Origin: Syncephalis fuscata S228
Lineage: Eukaryota > Fungi > Zoopagomycota
Assembly (NCBI GenBank): GCA_025786725.1
Contig: JAHLTZ010000021.1
Span: 410,528 to 474,527 of the forward strand
Direction of reading: 5' to 3'
DNA length: 64,000 nucleotides
Program-made: the position numbers and the translations under genes
Part shown: piece after piece, positions 28,385-44,364 of the stretch
How the letters are laid out: each line of letters opens with the position of its first letter
Numbering within the stretch: the stretch's first letter is position 1
The notes under the pieces: generated by a model
What the model was told of the DNA's origin: nothing
Database searches by the model: none
What the model saw: only the letters and a program-made list of their open reading frames with translations

Positions 28385-29155
28385 TCAAACTAACGGCAAT
28401 TTGCGATGAACATACATATAATGGTAGATTAAAGGGCGTGATACTGGCGTATTTGCCGCTACTGCTTCATTGCCAGACGATGGCACTTCAATCTGTCGTA
28501 TAGGGTCGCTTTGCCATCGCCATGACAAATCAGCCGATCGATCACTGCCATTGGCCACTGGCGACGAATGGAAGATTGGTCGATTAGCCGAGTAGGATAT
28601 AATAATCCAGCGACCACCTGGACGAAGTACACGTCCAGCCTCTTCAGCCATTTGTGCATGGGCAGCACCAGCAATAGAGTAGCTATTACCAGCACCGTCA
28701 CGAACGCACACAGTCGTGTCAAGATCACCACACGCAACTGCATCCATCACTGACTTGTCAAGAATCACATCGACAGAGTCATCGCAAATAGTGTCATGCA
28801 TGTCAAGTACATTTGATTGTAGCCAACTAACACGAGAGCAAAGCTCGGGACTTAATAGTGTATGTGATGCCATTTGTCCCTTTTCTATGGCCACGGCCGA
28901 TAAATCTGTATTTATGACGTGGTCACATCCAGCGCGTGCCAATTCAATACCTAACTGTGAGCTACCACATCCTACATGTAAAATACGATCACTGGATGTT
29001 ATAATACCATTTGTTGCATCCTCTTCATCTACTGCACCTAGTAGAATAGGTTTTAATTGTCTAAAATCTACTAGCCATTCAAACTGTGTTTCCTGACGAA
29101 ACCGCTCGTCCCAATAGTCGGCTGAATCATACGATACGGTGTGTAATGAGGACAT
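28385..29155 (-). CDS. Class I SAM-dependent methyltransferase, METTL13/EEF1AKMT4-like, intronless
   Basis: YWDERF..FEWL, ILHVGCGSSQL, NTDLS, DVILDKSVMDA, RVLRPGG. Confidence 0.85.
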   Translation of the reverse strand: MSSLHTVSYDSADYWDERFRQETQFEWLVDFRQLKPILLGAVDEEDATNGIITSSDRILHVGCGSSQLGIELARAGCDHVINTDLSAVAIEKGQMASHTLLSPELCSRVSWLQSNVLDMHDTICDDSVDVILDKSVMDAVACGDLDTTVCVRDGAGNSYSIAGAAHAQMAEEAGRVLRPGGRWIIISYSANRPIFHSSPVANGSDRSADLSWRWQSDPIRQIEVPSSGNEAVAANTPVSRPLIYHYMYVHRKLPLV

Positions 29156-29415
29156 AATCGTTCAAACCTTCTATTAGTCTACCCATGTTATTACAACTAC
29201 GGGGCAGATCTATATATTATTGGTAAATGATCGACCAATAGTTAGCTAAAAAAGACTAGGAAATAAAGCAATGTTTATTAGTTGTTACAATAGAAAATTG
29301 TTTATTGTTATTCTTTTTCTAACTACGTTTTTTCCTGGTTTTGAACTCGCGTCTAATAGCCAAAGTGACAGCAAATCACTCAGAATATTCAGACAAATAT
29401 TAGCCAATCGTCGCG

Positions 29416-32400
29416 ATGCCACGTCTGACGCGACAGCGAACACGCGGCCATACTGAAATAGCCAAGCAGAATGCTTCTGCCGCTAACGAAATAAATTCAT
29501 CTGCCGAGAATGACATAGCAACAACACCTCAATCTAGAAATACTCGCCAAACAACTCTTTTTTCTTTTTTAGGACGTAAAGAAACGGCACCACTCGATAG
29601 TCCCACAAGAAATGCAAACAAACAGTACATACATAGAACGAGAGTAAATAACCAAAGTAGTCAAAGCTCCTCTAAAAAGGAAGAAAAGAAAAAGAGCGAA
29701 GGTAAAGACACAGATATTATAACGACACCATCAAAAAGAAGCAGTAAACGACAAGAACAAACGAGTGTTAGCCAGTTTATGTCACTAAATGAAAAAACTC
29801 CAGTAAAATTAACAGGTTTAAAAAAAGAAAATTATCATTCAATATCAGCGGCCGATGAAGCAATTATTGCCGCGTTAGATTTGACGGCACTTGCCGAATT
29901 AGTTCTAAAAGGCGAAACACCAGAGCTACCATTTGGCGTACGATGTGTTCGACGTGGCCGTCCCCCATCGTCCCCGCTTAAAAGACGTGCGGCAGCAGCT
30001 CGTTATCGCGATCAAATGAAAAAGGATATGTATAAACACGCACATATGCTACAGGCAGGGACAGCAACACTGGTAGATGGCGAATTTGAAGAAGTGGCAC
30101 CTACAAATGAAATTCATGTAGTTTGTACACCATCACGTTTTATTAAAAGTAGAAAGCGTGTTGATAGCAATGACAGCACAGATAATAATCATGATACAGT
30201 CGAATTGTCAACTGTCCCGCCATCACCAACAACTGGTAAACGAAAACGGATGGCAAGCATTATAGGAACAAAAAAACGTCAATCTATAGCTATCGATGTA
30301 GAGGATGACGATTCTGAAGATGAATACAAACCAGACAAAAATGTAGATAATCAAGAGGAAGAAGAGTTGGCAAATGAAGAAGACGAAATAGAGGAGGAGG
30401 AGGAGGAGGAGGAAGAAGAAGAAGAAGAAGAAGATTTTAAGCCTAAAAAGAAAGCAACTACAAGCAAGAGTAAAAGAACAAAGAAAAAAGCATATTGTAC
30501 TTCGCGACAGTTTATCGGCAGAATAGAATTAAATGTCAAGCCAAAGTCTAAAGTATCCGTTCCTAAACATACAGGCATTGATTGGCGAGACTTTCCTATA
30601 CCAATGGCGCCATCACGGTATTATTCCAATAGTACATTTGTATTAAGTAAAAATGCAAAGAACAACCAACGTAAACCAACAGATCACCCAGATAAATTAA
30701 GCGAAGAAGCTATTTATTCGCGAATGTGCGAGAAATTTGGTCTTAAATACCTTATGGCCAATCGACGATATGTTAGTTTACCACATACATCGGCCATTTA
30801 TCGTAAACAATTCCAGCTGATTTAGTAGAACTTGTACGTCCTGAACCATTTATAAATGTTGTAGCATCATCTCTAGCATTAAGCTTGTCAAGCCATTAGT
30901 GTAAGTAATACTACTTATTATTATTACTGTCATATTAATTAAATGAATGAATGAGATAGTACAAGTGATTCAACGCGGAATGTGGCATTTGAACCATCTA
31001 TAGATGATGTACAAACATTGGAAGAATGTTCAAGTGTAAAAATTCGTATGTATTATATGTTTATTATTAATACTTCGGTTGATCTAAATATTAGCGGTGA
31101 ATAGCAAACATTACAGGATTTGTACTTAATACCGGAATTAACACATGGGCCATGGATTGGTGCCCCTATTCTACAATAGAAGATTGGCAATATTTAGCGG
31201 TAGCGGGTATTTCTACTACAGATACGAGTCCGCGGCCCATTGGTTTGTCTGAAGCAACACCCGTTCGTGGACAAATACAGCTATGGCAAATTCCCGTCAA
31301 TGACAGTGCCGTAGATAGCGGTGATGCCTACCCAGTACTAAATGCAGTTATAGTTCATGAATGGGGCGCTGTCTGGGATATTGCCTGGTGTCCATCATCA
31401 AGTCCAGTGATGCCTGCAACAGTATGTATAACATAGCGCTATTAGTAACAACAACTAGAGTTAATAAGGATATATAGCGTGACAAACACTACGGACGACA
31501 GGGTGTCATGGCGTTATGTACGGGCGATGGACATTTACGAGTTATTGTAGTGCCGCATTTAGAAGAATTACGTTTACGTAATAAGAAAATAACTAAAGAT
31601 GCGCCTATTTACTGTACGTAAATTGATAGCGATTAAATGGTGAAAACAAATTAATGAAACAAAATGAATACTTAGTTGAAATTGGCACGACACTTTTAGA
31701 TGTAACGCTAGTAAACACTTGTTATGTTACAACTCGGTGGGATAATAATGGCCAGTTGATTGGTGGCTGTGCAGATGGTACGTATTTAATTGAATGATTG
31801 ATTAATTTGTTGTCCGTATTATTGATACTTTTATTAGGCTCGATAGTTGTATGGGATGTAAGAACAATTGCCCAACAAATGATCAATGCTATTGGCGAAG
31901 AAGGCGATGAGGAAGTATTAGAAACAACTGGTAAGACAACCATGTATGTTATATTATTGCTGATATCTGTATAAGTAGATGTGCCACTGATAAGATTTAC
32001 TCCTCATGATTGCCTTATAAGATCGATGGAATGGCGTCGTCCAGTTTTACGTGATTTAGTAGCATGTGCCAAAGAAGCTTGCGTTAGCATGCAGAATAAC
32101 CAATCAGATAAATATTTTGACTTTGATTCTTTGCGCCATCGTATATTTACGGAAGCAAACCCAGATGTCTATCAGCAATTGATGACCATAGGTTATGATG
32201 GCCGTGTTGGCATTACTGATCGACGCTTTCCATGGCAATCATTTTGCTTGCAGCGTAATAGAGGTAAAAATAACAATAATATTTATCTATTACACTAGAT
32301 AGCTGGCTAATTTTAATTATTAGCCGTGCTTATAAGTGGTGTTTGGCTTCCCGGTACCTCAATCGTAATGTATATGGATCCAGAGTATGCAATTCGACAT

Positions 32401-33066
32401 ATGGAAATCATTGGCACACATTCATACTCGGTCATGTCACACAATGCATTTGTTTGGGTAGGATTTGTACTTACAATGCAATCCAGTCTAATAATATTTA
32501 TTTAGAGTATGAGTGCATCGGATCGACATCCCTACGTGGCTAGTGTCGGGGCAGATGGTGCATTACAGATTAACAATCCATTTAGAGATCCAAACAAAAT
32601 ACCGGTAAGTGGTATTATACTGTTCAAATAAATACTTATATTGGTATAGCGTATTGCGCAGTATACTCCCTATCGAATTCAGTACGACAATGCCAACAAA
32701 CGATTTATTTTTGATGACCGACCATGTATTGAGGTAATAAGGTGATTGAGTCATCGCACCATCTAACAGGTGATATAGGAAATAAAAAGAGAAAAGTCTA
32801 CGACATTATTAATCGATTTTCCCAAAGAGGTTGCATTACAGCGGGTATAGTTGAGATAATTTATTGTTATAATATACTAATAAGTTGCTGTATAAACAAC
32901 CATCAATTTCCAGGTGGCTTGGAATCAAAATCCCGGATCCGCAGCTCATTGGTTAGCCAGTGGTGGTGCATCTGGCTTGGTACGTGTAGATGGAATGTTA
33001 CGAGACCATTATTTGCATCAACTATATTTTGGTGCGGATAAAGCAAGAAATAGTAAACAAAAATAA
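29416..33066 (+). CDS. TFIIIC WD40 subunit (TFC6/Sfc6/GTF3C2-like) with acidic N-terminus
   Basis: FVLNTGINTWAMDWCP..QYLAVAG, WGAVWDIAWCP, C-terminal VAWNQN..WLASGGASGLVRV. Poly-Glu at 30391-30432. Confidence 0.8.
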
Positions 33067-33177
33067 CTTGATAAATTTAGCTATTGTAATAATGTTTATC
33101 TATTTTTGTCAATTGTTTGATTGTTATTGTAATTTAAAGCAGCAATAAAATAATATACTAGATAATATTTGTATTCA

Positions 33178-34736
33178 TTAACACGAAATGTCAACTATTT
33201 TATAGCCATCTTTGGAATGCATAACAAGTGCATTTGTTGTGCTTGATTCCACTGATGCGATAGCCAACAATTCAGCATCTACAATACCAAGTCGTTTGTA
33301 TTAGTCGGCTGAATCAAATCAATTATTTGAGGATGCCCTCCCATATAAGTATAAACAACGAAGTTCTGCATTCGATACTTATTATTTAGTTTATACCAAC
33401 CAGAATGCGGCAATGTAGATTCAGTACTTCTATATTAATTTGTGACAAAATGGTACCATCAGCTAAGCTGTATATAAACAATTCCTCTGTAGCTATTATT
33501 GCTATGGCATTGGAAGTAATAATTGGTATTGCACGAATAACCTCAACATAACGTGCCCAAATAGGCTTTTGATTATCCATGGATTGATTTGGGTTGTCGC
33601 AATTAGTCGAAATCACTGCAAGGCTTAATACTTCGCTGTTTAGTTCATTTGCTGATTCATCGAAACCGCACGCAACAGTTTTTACAACAAGTACACGCTC
33701 GTCATCCAATCTTTTTACAGGGCAATAAATATCAAACAAGTATGTAATAATGCATTTGCCTTGCATTAAACATTGAGGATTGTCTTCTAGCTGGCAAACA
33801 GAAAATTGCCATACACTCCAATAGACAGTTTGAAAAGTATCAATTGCATCTGTATACGCATAAAATACAGTAGCAGTGTCTTCAGTGGCTCGTTGTATAA
33901 ATGATGTTCCGTTGCTATTCTGTATACTTCCCATGCACATTTGCCGAGTAGCCATATCAAATACACGAGTTGTCGACAATGGTAGTAATTTGGGATTTAA
34001 ACTTCTTTTAGTATGATTAAATAATAACCAACGGCCACGAATAGACATTTCATTGTTACATAAATAAGGAGCAGAATATGGCTGTATCGTTGATACTCGA
34101 TGTATTGGCCAGATAAGAACATTGTATGGTGTCTCATAAAGATTGACCTCAGTTTTTGTTTGCATACTGACAATTACAACGAATTTATCCGATACTAAAA
34201 ACTGATCCACATTGACTGTTGGATCAAATCCATCACACATACTTTGCGTAGCGCCAAAATCGTTGGTGTTTTGGTTTTCCTACTGGCTGGCATTGCTCAA
34301 TGACACCACATTCTCCAATATACGACTATTATTGCTTATACGCTGCAATACTATAACCTGATCACTGTCCGATGTATCCTCGACTATGTCATATATTGGA
34401 TATGGCTTGTCTCGTAGCCAGTTGGCACTGGTGGCACGTCGATGACAGAAGCACGAACCAGTTGATATCATGGTCATTCAGCTGGGTGACATCAATCGCC
34501 GTGTTGCTTGTTGTGCCAGTGCGCCAGACACTCGCAGTGTGCGTACATACCACGACAGCCACTGTACTTCGTCGTCGTCTTTAAACGTGTAGTGTTGTAT
34601 ATATCGCTGTCGCCAACACGTGCTGTATACCAACACACTGCCACAGCCACTGAGAGCACGACGCAAACAGCACCAGCGACTTGTCGTCGGCAAACACCGC
34701 AAGTCGCTCAACAACAGGTACAGGGATATGCTGCAT
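33178..34736 (-). pseudogene. F-box-like family gene, left arm of the inverted duplication (frameshifted as assembled)
   Basis: Reverse complement of 35549-37116 with about 10 single-base deletions. Confidence 0.75.
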
Positions 34737-35548
34737 ACTAAATGACTAAATAGAACAAAAACAAACAGCAACAATGTGATCTATGCCGCGTATATATGGA
34801 TGCTGTCGTGTAACAACATGTGTGCTTATAACCAATTATATTGGTGATGTAAATATTAACAATATGTAGTTCAAAATAAATTGCAAGCATCAAATAGGTT
34901 TATTAAAGAATTGCTATATATAAAAACTGATATTATAATATCGAATATATAATAAAGACGAAAGTATTATGTTTTGACTAAATAATAATGCCTGTTAAAC
35001 TGTTATGTAAGTAATAGTATCAAACTTGGTATTTGCAATTATAAATTCAACACACTTATATTTAATAATATATTAAGTGCAGTCCTAATTTTTAGGAATA
35101 AAATTGTTATCATCATCATAGAAATTATATTAACACTATCGTTACTATTTATTAACCAAATAAATAAAATTTAAAATTGATTGCTGGTTGTTTTATTTTA
35201 AGAATAGTTTTATTATTGGCTAGCATCCCACATAATCATAGTAATTTAATAGCAATAACTATTTGAGCAATAGTATAGTTTACAGTGTATGTTTATTATG
35301 TAAATAAACCATTGTTAACTTTAGTTTACTCTGTCATTTCATTATTACAGATTCTAATGGAAAGTATCAAACATGTGTTTAACATATTTGCTATATTCAA
35401 ATACAATCTACAAGTGATTATTTATACTAGTTTCAATACAATGCTGAATATAATGTAGCAACACACGTTGTTACACGACAGCATCCATATATACGCGGCA
35501 TAGGTCACATTGATTGCTGTTTGTTTTTGTTCTATTTAGTCATTTAGT

Positions 35549-37116
35549 ATGCAGCATATCCCTGTACCTGTTGTTGAGCGACTTGCGGTGTTTGCCGACG
35601 AAAAGTCGCTGGTGCTGTTTGCGTCGTGCTCTCAGTGGCTGTGGCAGTGTGTTGGTATACAACAACGTGTTTGGCGACAGCGATATATACAGCACTACAC
35701 GTTTAAAGACGACGACGAAGTACAGTGGCTGTCGTGGTACGTACGCACACTGCGAGTGTCTGGCGCACTGGCAGCAACAAGCAACACGGCGATTGATGTC
35801 ACCCAGCTGAATGACCATGATATCAACTGGTTCCGTGCATTCTGTCATCGACGTGCCACCAGTGCCAACTGGCTACGAGACAAGCCATATCCAATATATG
35901 ACATAGTCGAGATACATCGGACAGTGATCAGGTTATAGTATTGCAGCGTATAAGCAATAATAGTCGTATATTAGGAGAATGTGGTGTCATTGAGCAATGC
36001 CAGCCAGTAGGAAAACCAAAACACCAACGATTTTGGCGACTACGCAAAGTATGCTGTGATGGATTTGATCCAACAGTCAATGTGGATCAGTTTTTAGTAT
36101 CGGATAAATTCGTTGTAATTGTCAGTATGCAAACAAAAACTGAGGTCAATCTTTATGAGACACCATACAATGTTCTTATCTGGCCAATACATCGAGTATC
36201 AACGATACAGCCATATTCTGCTCCTTATTTATGTAACAATGAAATGTCTATTCGTGGCCGTTGGTTATTATTTAATCATACTAAAAGAAGTTTAAATCCC
36301 AAATTACTACCATTGTCGACAACTCGTGTATTTGATATGGCTACTCGGCAAATGTGCATGGGAAGTATACAGAATAGCAACGGAACATCATTTATACAAC
36401 GAGCCACTGAAGACACTGCTACTGTATTTTATGCGTATACAGATGCAATTGATACTTTTCAAACTGTCTATTGGAGTGTATGGCAATTTTCTGTTTGCCA
36501 GCTAGAAGACAATCCTCAATGTTTAATGCAAGGCAAATGCATTATTACATACTTGTTTGATATTTATTGCCCTGTAAAAAGATTGGATGACGAGCGTGTA
36601 CTTGTTGTAAAAACTGTTGCGTGCGGTTTCGATGAATCAGCAAATGAACTAAACAGCGAAGTATTAAGCCTTGCAGTGATTTCGACTAATTGCGACAACC
36701 CAAATCAATCCATGGATAATCAAAAGCCTATTTGGGCACGTTATGTTGAGGTTATTCGTGCAATACCAATTATTACTTCCAATGCCATAGCAATAATAGC
36801 TACAGAGGAATTGTTTATATACAGCTTAGCTGATGGTACCATTTTGTCACAAATTAATATAGAAGTACTGGAATCTACATTGCCGCATTCTGGTTGGTAT
36901 AAACTAAATAATAAGTATCGAATGCAGAACTTCGTTGTTTATACTTATATGGGAGGGCATCCTCAAATAATTGATTTGATTCAGCCGACTAATAGCAAAC
37001 GACTTGGTATTGTAGATGCTGAATTGTTGGCTATCGCATCAGTGGAATCAAGCACAACAAATGCACTTGTTATGCATTCCAAAGATGGCTATAAAATAGT
37101 TGACATTTCGTGTTAA
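35549..37116 (+). CDS. Intronless N-terminal F-box-like protein (~520 aa); one apparent frameshift near 35911
   Basis: MQHIPVPVVERLAVFADEKSLVLFASCSQWLW..VWRQRY is F-box-like. The left copy has the G missing here (GTCGAGGAT), which restores one ORF. Confidence 0.7.
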
Positions 37117-37680
37117 TGAATACAAATATTATTCAGTATATAAATATATCTGAAATGTTTTTACTGAACTTTACCATATGTTGGATTATAAATATTAGAT
37201 CACACAGTAAGAGTAATAAAAAATGATATATTTTATTGTTTGGTTACTTGATTTGCATTACGCTACCATCATTTATGTTGTTTATTTTATTAATTAAATA
37301 GCGATAGTTTTGTTTTTTTAAATATTAATATATTACAATTAGTTGCATTTAATACAACTACAGTTACATTAAACAGTTTAATAATAATATCAATGATTAG
37401 TTTACTATTTCATTTATATACTTTATTGTTATTCCACTAATACTAAACAATTTTTTAGGTTATTTAATAAGATTTGAAAGTCAAATGATTACATTTAATA
37501 TCATTTGTACAATTAAACTAAACGCTCTATCTATTGAACTAGAATTTGTTTTATTGAAAATACTCATCATTGTATATTCATTATACAAACTTACTTAAGA
37601 ACACTACATTAATTATTAGCATTTAATTAAATACATTGAACATAATTTATTATTTGGTTGGGTAATTAATATACATTAAT

Positions 37681-39173
37681 CTAATTATCAGGCAAATGGA
37701 TAACAACATGTAGAAAATTATCTGCATAAACAAGATGCTGTACCGCCCAGATCAACGGTGTCTCCAATGGAATAACAATACCATGCAATACTGCATACAA
37801 AGATGGTAAGGATGCAATAGCTACATCACTGGCAAGTGATTTTTTCATTTGCTCATTATCTATTGGCATTATCACGGTTATTTTAACTAACAAAATATGC
37901 AAATTATATTACCTATATTTTCACTAGAATCATCGTTAGTAGAGCTATTCTCACCAGAATCGTCAGAACTATTTTCACTGCTCGCTGTCGCATCAGTGCT
38001 GCCAGATTTTTGCATCGATGCTATTGGAAAGAGTGTAGGCAATAAATCGTGTAAAGCATCACCTAAACTTCGCTCCTCGCCTATAGTACTATTATTAGCC
38101 AATACAAATACTTAGCCATCATCTCACCTTTACTTCCAATAGCTAATATTGGCTCCTGTACAATTGGACAATCGGGCAAATATACACGTAAAGGAACAAA
38201 TCTAATGGAGGATACCTCTTTACTTGATCCATCAGCCGCCTCATTCAATACTGCCGTCTCTACTGTTGATGCTGGATCACTTTCAAATGATGTCTTTATG
38301 GGTGTCGATGGTGGCTGTGATGGTCCTTTTACACTCACTAATTTTTCATTGACTTCCAGAACCGTTCAAAATCATCTAAATTATTAAACATTTTTGCATA
38401 TTATATTATTATAACATCCTAATACACATTTTGTGTTATTTACTACCTTCTGTTAAAGATTCCCACAAAGCTGCTTGTTCCTGTTTAGGTAGACGCATAA
38501 CCTTTTTTAAAGGTCCATTACGCAATACATCCGACTATAGATTTGTAATGATTATTAACCACTAATTACCATATATTATTATCAATCTACCTCTTTGAGC
38601 ATAGACATGTAAATATCCTGCATAGTTTTTAAACTAGGTATGGCCATTTTGAGGCTGTCTTTGGGATAATTTCGAGTATGGACGGTAATTCGCCATATTT
38701 CATCAGTATTTATGCCTTTTTGCTTTGCTACTAAACTGTGGTGTACTTCCAAGTCGTAAAGTAACCCAATAGGATAATGCCTATTTATTTCAAAGGTTTT
38801 ATTTATAAATATATATATATATACATATTCAGTCATGATTCTTACCATCTAAGAGGCCGATTATTGCACGAATACCAGATATCCGAATCTTCACCGATAA
38901 ATGGCAAGTTACGCTGTACCAAAAGTTCTCGGACCAATGGCGTAGTCACTGTCAAATAGTTACATCGACGTAACAACATCTAAATAGGTTTAATCAACAA
39001 TAAATATTAGGTGGCCATGGCCATAGCAATGAATACGTTACAAAACATGGCTCTGCAGTAGTGTCGACCATGCCCGCTGCATCTAGCTCGCTGGCATCCA
39101 GCTCGAATTGCGCCGGAATAACACCAGACCAAATAGAATATGGTATAGCTGATGTTTCAGCACTTGACATCAT
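37681..39173 (-). CDS. ATG5: Autophagy protein 5
   Basis: IWSGVIP, PLRWHYPIGLLYD, SMLKESDVLRNG, RFVPLRVY, VLHGIVIPLETPLIW..LVYADNFLHVV. Confidence 0.92.
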
Positions 39174-39400
39174 AAAGATAGCTGTAAACTTATAGAAAAG
39201 AACGAATAAATGAACAAAAAAGAATGTAGAGATGACACTAAGATAGAAAATAGGACACTGTGTAGTCTACTTCAACTCCTTTCTTTGTTGGTTCAAAATA
39301 CTTGCACTATTACGGCTAGGATTACTGTCACTGTTATTGTTATCACTATTGCTCCATTTTATTATAGTTGAACAGACATTCGAACATTGAGCTTACGATC

Positions 39401-40035
39401 ATGGCTTCGTCTTCTTCAGATGCCAATATAAATATGGATATTGATGCAGCGGCCACGGCTGATGCATCACTATCTCGACGTGAAGAAGAAATGCTTAGAC
39501 GTGATCGCACACTGGCCGAGACTTTACTACTTATGGACAACTGTCGGCCTATTGTAAGTAGCAATATAGACTGGCTACTGTTAAATGGCTATGCAATACA
39601 ATTGCTTATACTGTATACAAAATCGTTGATAGATTCCCGATGCTGTAACCGACTACTATTTATCGCGAGCTGGTCTCGATTGCCAGGATATACGCATGTA
39701 AGTAGAATATAATAAAGCGATCATATATATATATATAGAATAGAATAGAATAGAATATTAAACAACAGTATAGTAAACGCCTACTTGCACTAGCAGCTCA
39801 AAAATTCATATCGGATGTGGCCACTGATGCCTATCAATACTGTAAAATTCGTCAGCAAACTAACCGTGACAAGCGTAAAGCAAGTAGATTTAATTTTATT
39901 AATTTATCAACTAATAATAGCCAATTTATTTAAACTGTTAATTAGGATCGTCGAACGGTATTGACTATGGAAGACTTATCGTCGGCTCTTAACGAACATG
40001 GTATTAATGTACGCAAACCAGAATATTATATGTAA
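39401..40035 (+). CDS. TAF10: TFIID/SAGA subunit 10
   Basis: PIIPDAVTDYYL, KRLLALAAQKFISDVATDAYQYCKIR, TVLTMEDLSSAL.EHGINVRKPEYY. Confidence 0.95.
39880..39945 (+). other. GC-AG intron in TAF10
   Basis: AAA|GCAAGT...TTAG|GAT is the only nearby junction that restores the frame to DRRTVLTMEDL. Confidence 0.7.
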
Positions 40036-40129
40036 TTGCTTTATGTTTTTCTTTGTTTCTTGAAATAAAAAACATTGAGAAATATATTTATTCATTGTTG
40101 ACAAGAAGGAGGAGCATGTAGAAGGCAAT

Positions 40130-42068
<1,939 letters not shown>

Positions 42069-42824
42069 AGGTCAGTCTTAAAGACAGCAGCTACAATAAC
42101 CAAAACGTAAGAAAACGAGGAGAAGGACAGGAGAAGAAAAGAGTGGCGTGTCAGTATAAGGCGGCCTCTATATGGATTTCCAAATGATAAGACAGATAGG
42201 CCCTTAAAGACTGGTGTAACCCACTGTGGATGGTGTCGACGCAAATGTGTCTAGAACAGATCATTGAATGGACGAATAGATAGAAGGATAGATAGCTATT
42301 AGATAGTCCATACAATATAGATATTTATACTGCTGTTATCATCATTAATAAGATAAAGACAATGTCGTCATTGATTTATCTTGCTGTATAACGGAATAAC
42401 AAACTATAATTCATTGGATACATGATCTAAGGGGAGATGCTATATAGACTGGTCAATGCACGTTTTATCTAGTATGTTCTACTGGAACACGTGTTGGCAA
42501 GAATGGTTTCATTATACAGAAGAAAGAGATAGATAGATAGATAACTAGAGGATAGAGGCATAGTCACAATAAAATAACACTTATCAATCTACAACAAAGT
42601 AGAGACAAGATAGGCCATTTGTTCAAAAAATGAACGCCTTTTCTGTCAAATAAAAATATTGATTGTGTTGTTATTAAAGTGCTTTATATATATTTATTTT
42701 AACACTAGGATTTATATCGTCATTCAATTATTAAACAACTTGTAAACAAATACCACTTGACATTTGTTATTATTATTATTGCTCATTAGATTACGCGTTT
42801 GTCTATTCTTTGTTATAAGAAGCA

Positions 42825-43365
42825 ATGGTAACAACAAGAAAGCGACAGCGCGAATCTGTTTGTAAAGATGGTGACGGAGATGGCGACGACAGCCATACGG
42901 ATAAACGTTACATTTTAGACGAGGGTCCTTCGGTGCGTCCGCAGCATACTAATAATAGTACGGATATTATGGAGTCGGGGTTGGTGGAAAATCCAGCAGA
43001 ACAAAATGAAACGTCCGAGGCGACGACAGAAGATGTCATGGAAGATGTCTCAGATTTGTATTTGTCGGACGTTCATTTAGCACCAGAAAATGGATCAGTG
43101 GATGGAAAATGGCGTTGGTGGATCTTGACAACCAAAGAACTTAAGGATAGCAATAACAATGAAAATAAAAATGATAGTATGGACGGTAATGAAAACAATA
43201 CAATACAATGGACAGGTACAACACAATCAATTGCACCTTCAAAGCAAGATATTTCTGAACAAGAATCGATATCTGACGCTAATCGTCCAATAGTACTACG
43301 ATTTCGATTTGGAACAGATTTAGAAACGTTGGTAAGTAATGTATATGTTTGTAAATACACTATTC

Positions 43366-43398
<33 letters not shown>

Positions 43399-44364
43399 GG
43401 AGAACAAGTATGGGCAGGGGCATTGTTATTGGCCGATTATCTTGTAGAATATCATACGGCATTATTTACAAAAGAAAGTAAAGCTACCGTATTGGAACTG
43501 GGCGCAGGCACGGGATTGTGTAGCATTCTACTCCATCGATTAGGTGTTGATCGCGTATTTTGTACTGGTATGTTATTAGTGTAGTTTATTTACAAGAAAA
43601 GTGCTTAATTATAGCCATATAGATGCAAATCCTCAAGTATTGCGTAACTGTCAGTACAATATTGAATATAATTGTTCTACAAACGGTGATAGCAATGGTG
43701 TAGTTGTACGTAATTTGGATTGGCTACAAGCACCGGATTGGTTGACCAATAGTGAGACAAAGCCATTAAATGATCCAGGTAAAATGTTCACATTATAGTC
43801 AATGAACATTTATTAATATGTTATAACAGAAATGAGGGATTTTGAATGGACCGAACAAGATATTGCATGTGTGACTTCTGCAACTCAAGTGTTTGTAGCA
43901 GCTGATGGTTAGATAAATAGCATCGGTTTATTGATTAATTAACAAGTTAAATACTATATTTAGTTATTTACGACGATACAGCAACAGCTGCATTCTTGGA
44001 TATTGCATCTCAATTATTGCGACCATCATTGCTATTTAAATCCAGTGATCGTGTATTATACGTAGCTTCTGAGAAACGGTAAGTTAGATAATAATATTTA
44101 CACCAGAATTACTAAATACGTGTTAGTATTAATTTTTCATTGGATGAATTACGAGTTACGGCTGTTGCTCATGATCACTTTTTTCGTGAATTACGTAAAT
44201 ATCCTTGTTTGCAAGTGGACACCGACATAGATATTGAGGCTATTCCTCAGAGATTCTCATATACACGTAGTGATAATCTTGTAAGCAGTATTTTTATTTA
44301 ATTAACGCATTTACTGATTTTTTTAATTCAGGTATTATGGAAAATTACATGGAATGACAAATAG
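42825..44364 (+). CDS. Family-16 lysine methyltransferase, METTL22-like
   Basis: GEQVWAGALLLADYL, VLELGAGTGL, AADVIYDD, EKRINFSLDEL...AHDHF. Confidence 0.8.
43367..43398 (+). repeat. (AAT)n microsatellite in an intron
   Basis: About 10 AAT units directly before the acceptor AG. Confidence 0.9.

Larger units (their letters stand above)
33162..37132. repeat. Inverted repeat with ~1.66-kb arms (about 33162-34823 and 35461-37132) and ~640-bp unique spacer
   Basis: Arms are near-identical reverse complements. The central ~800 bp looks identical. Confidence 0.95.
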
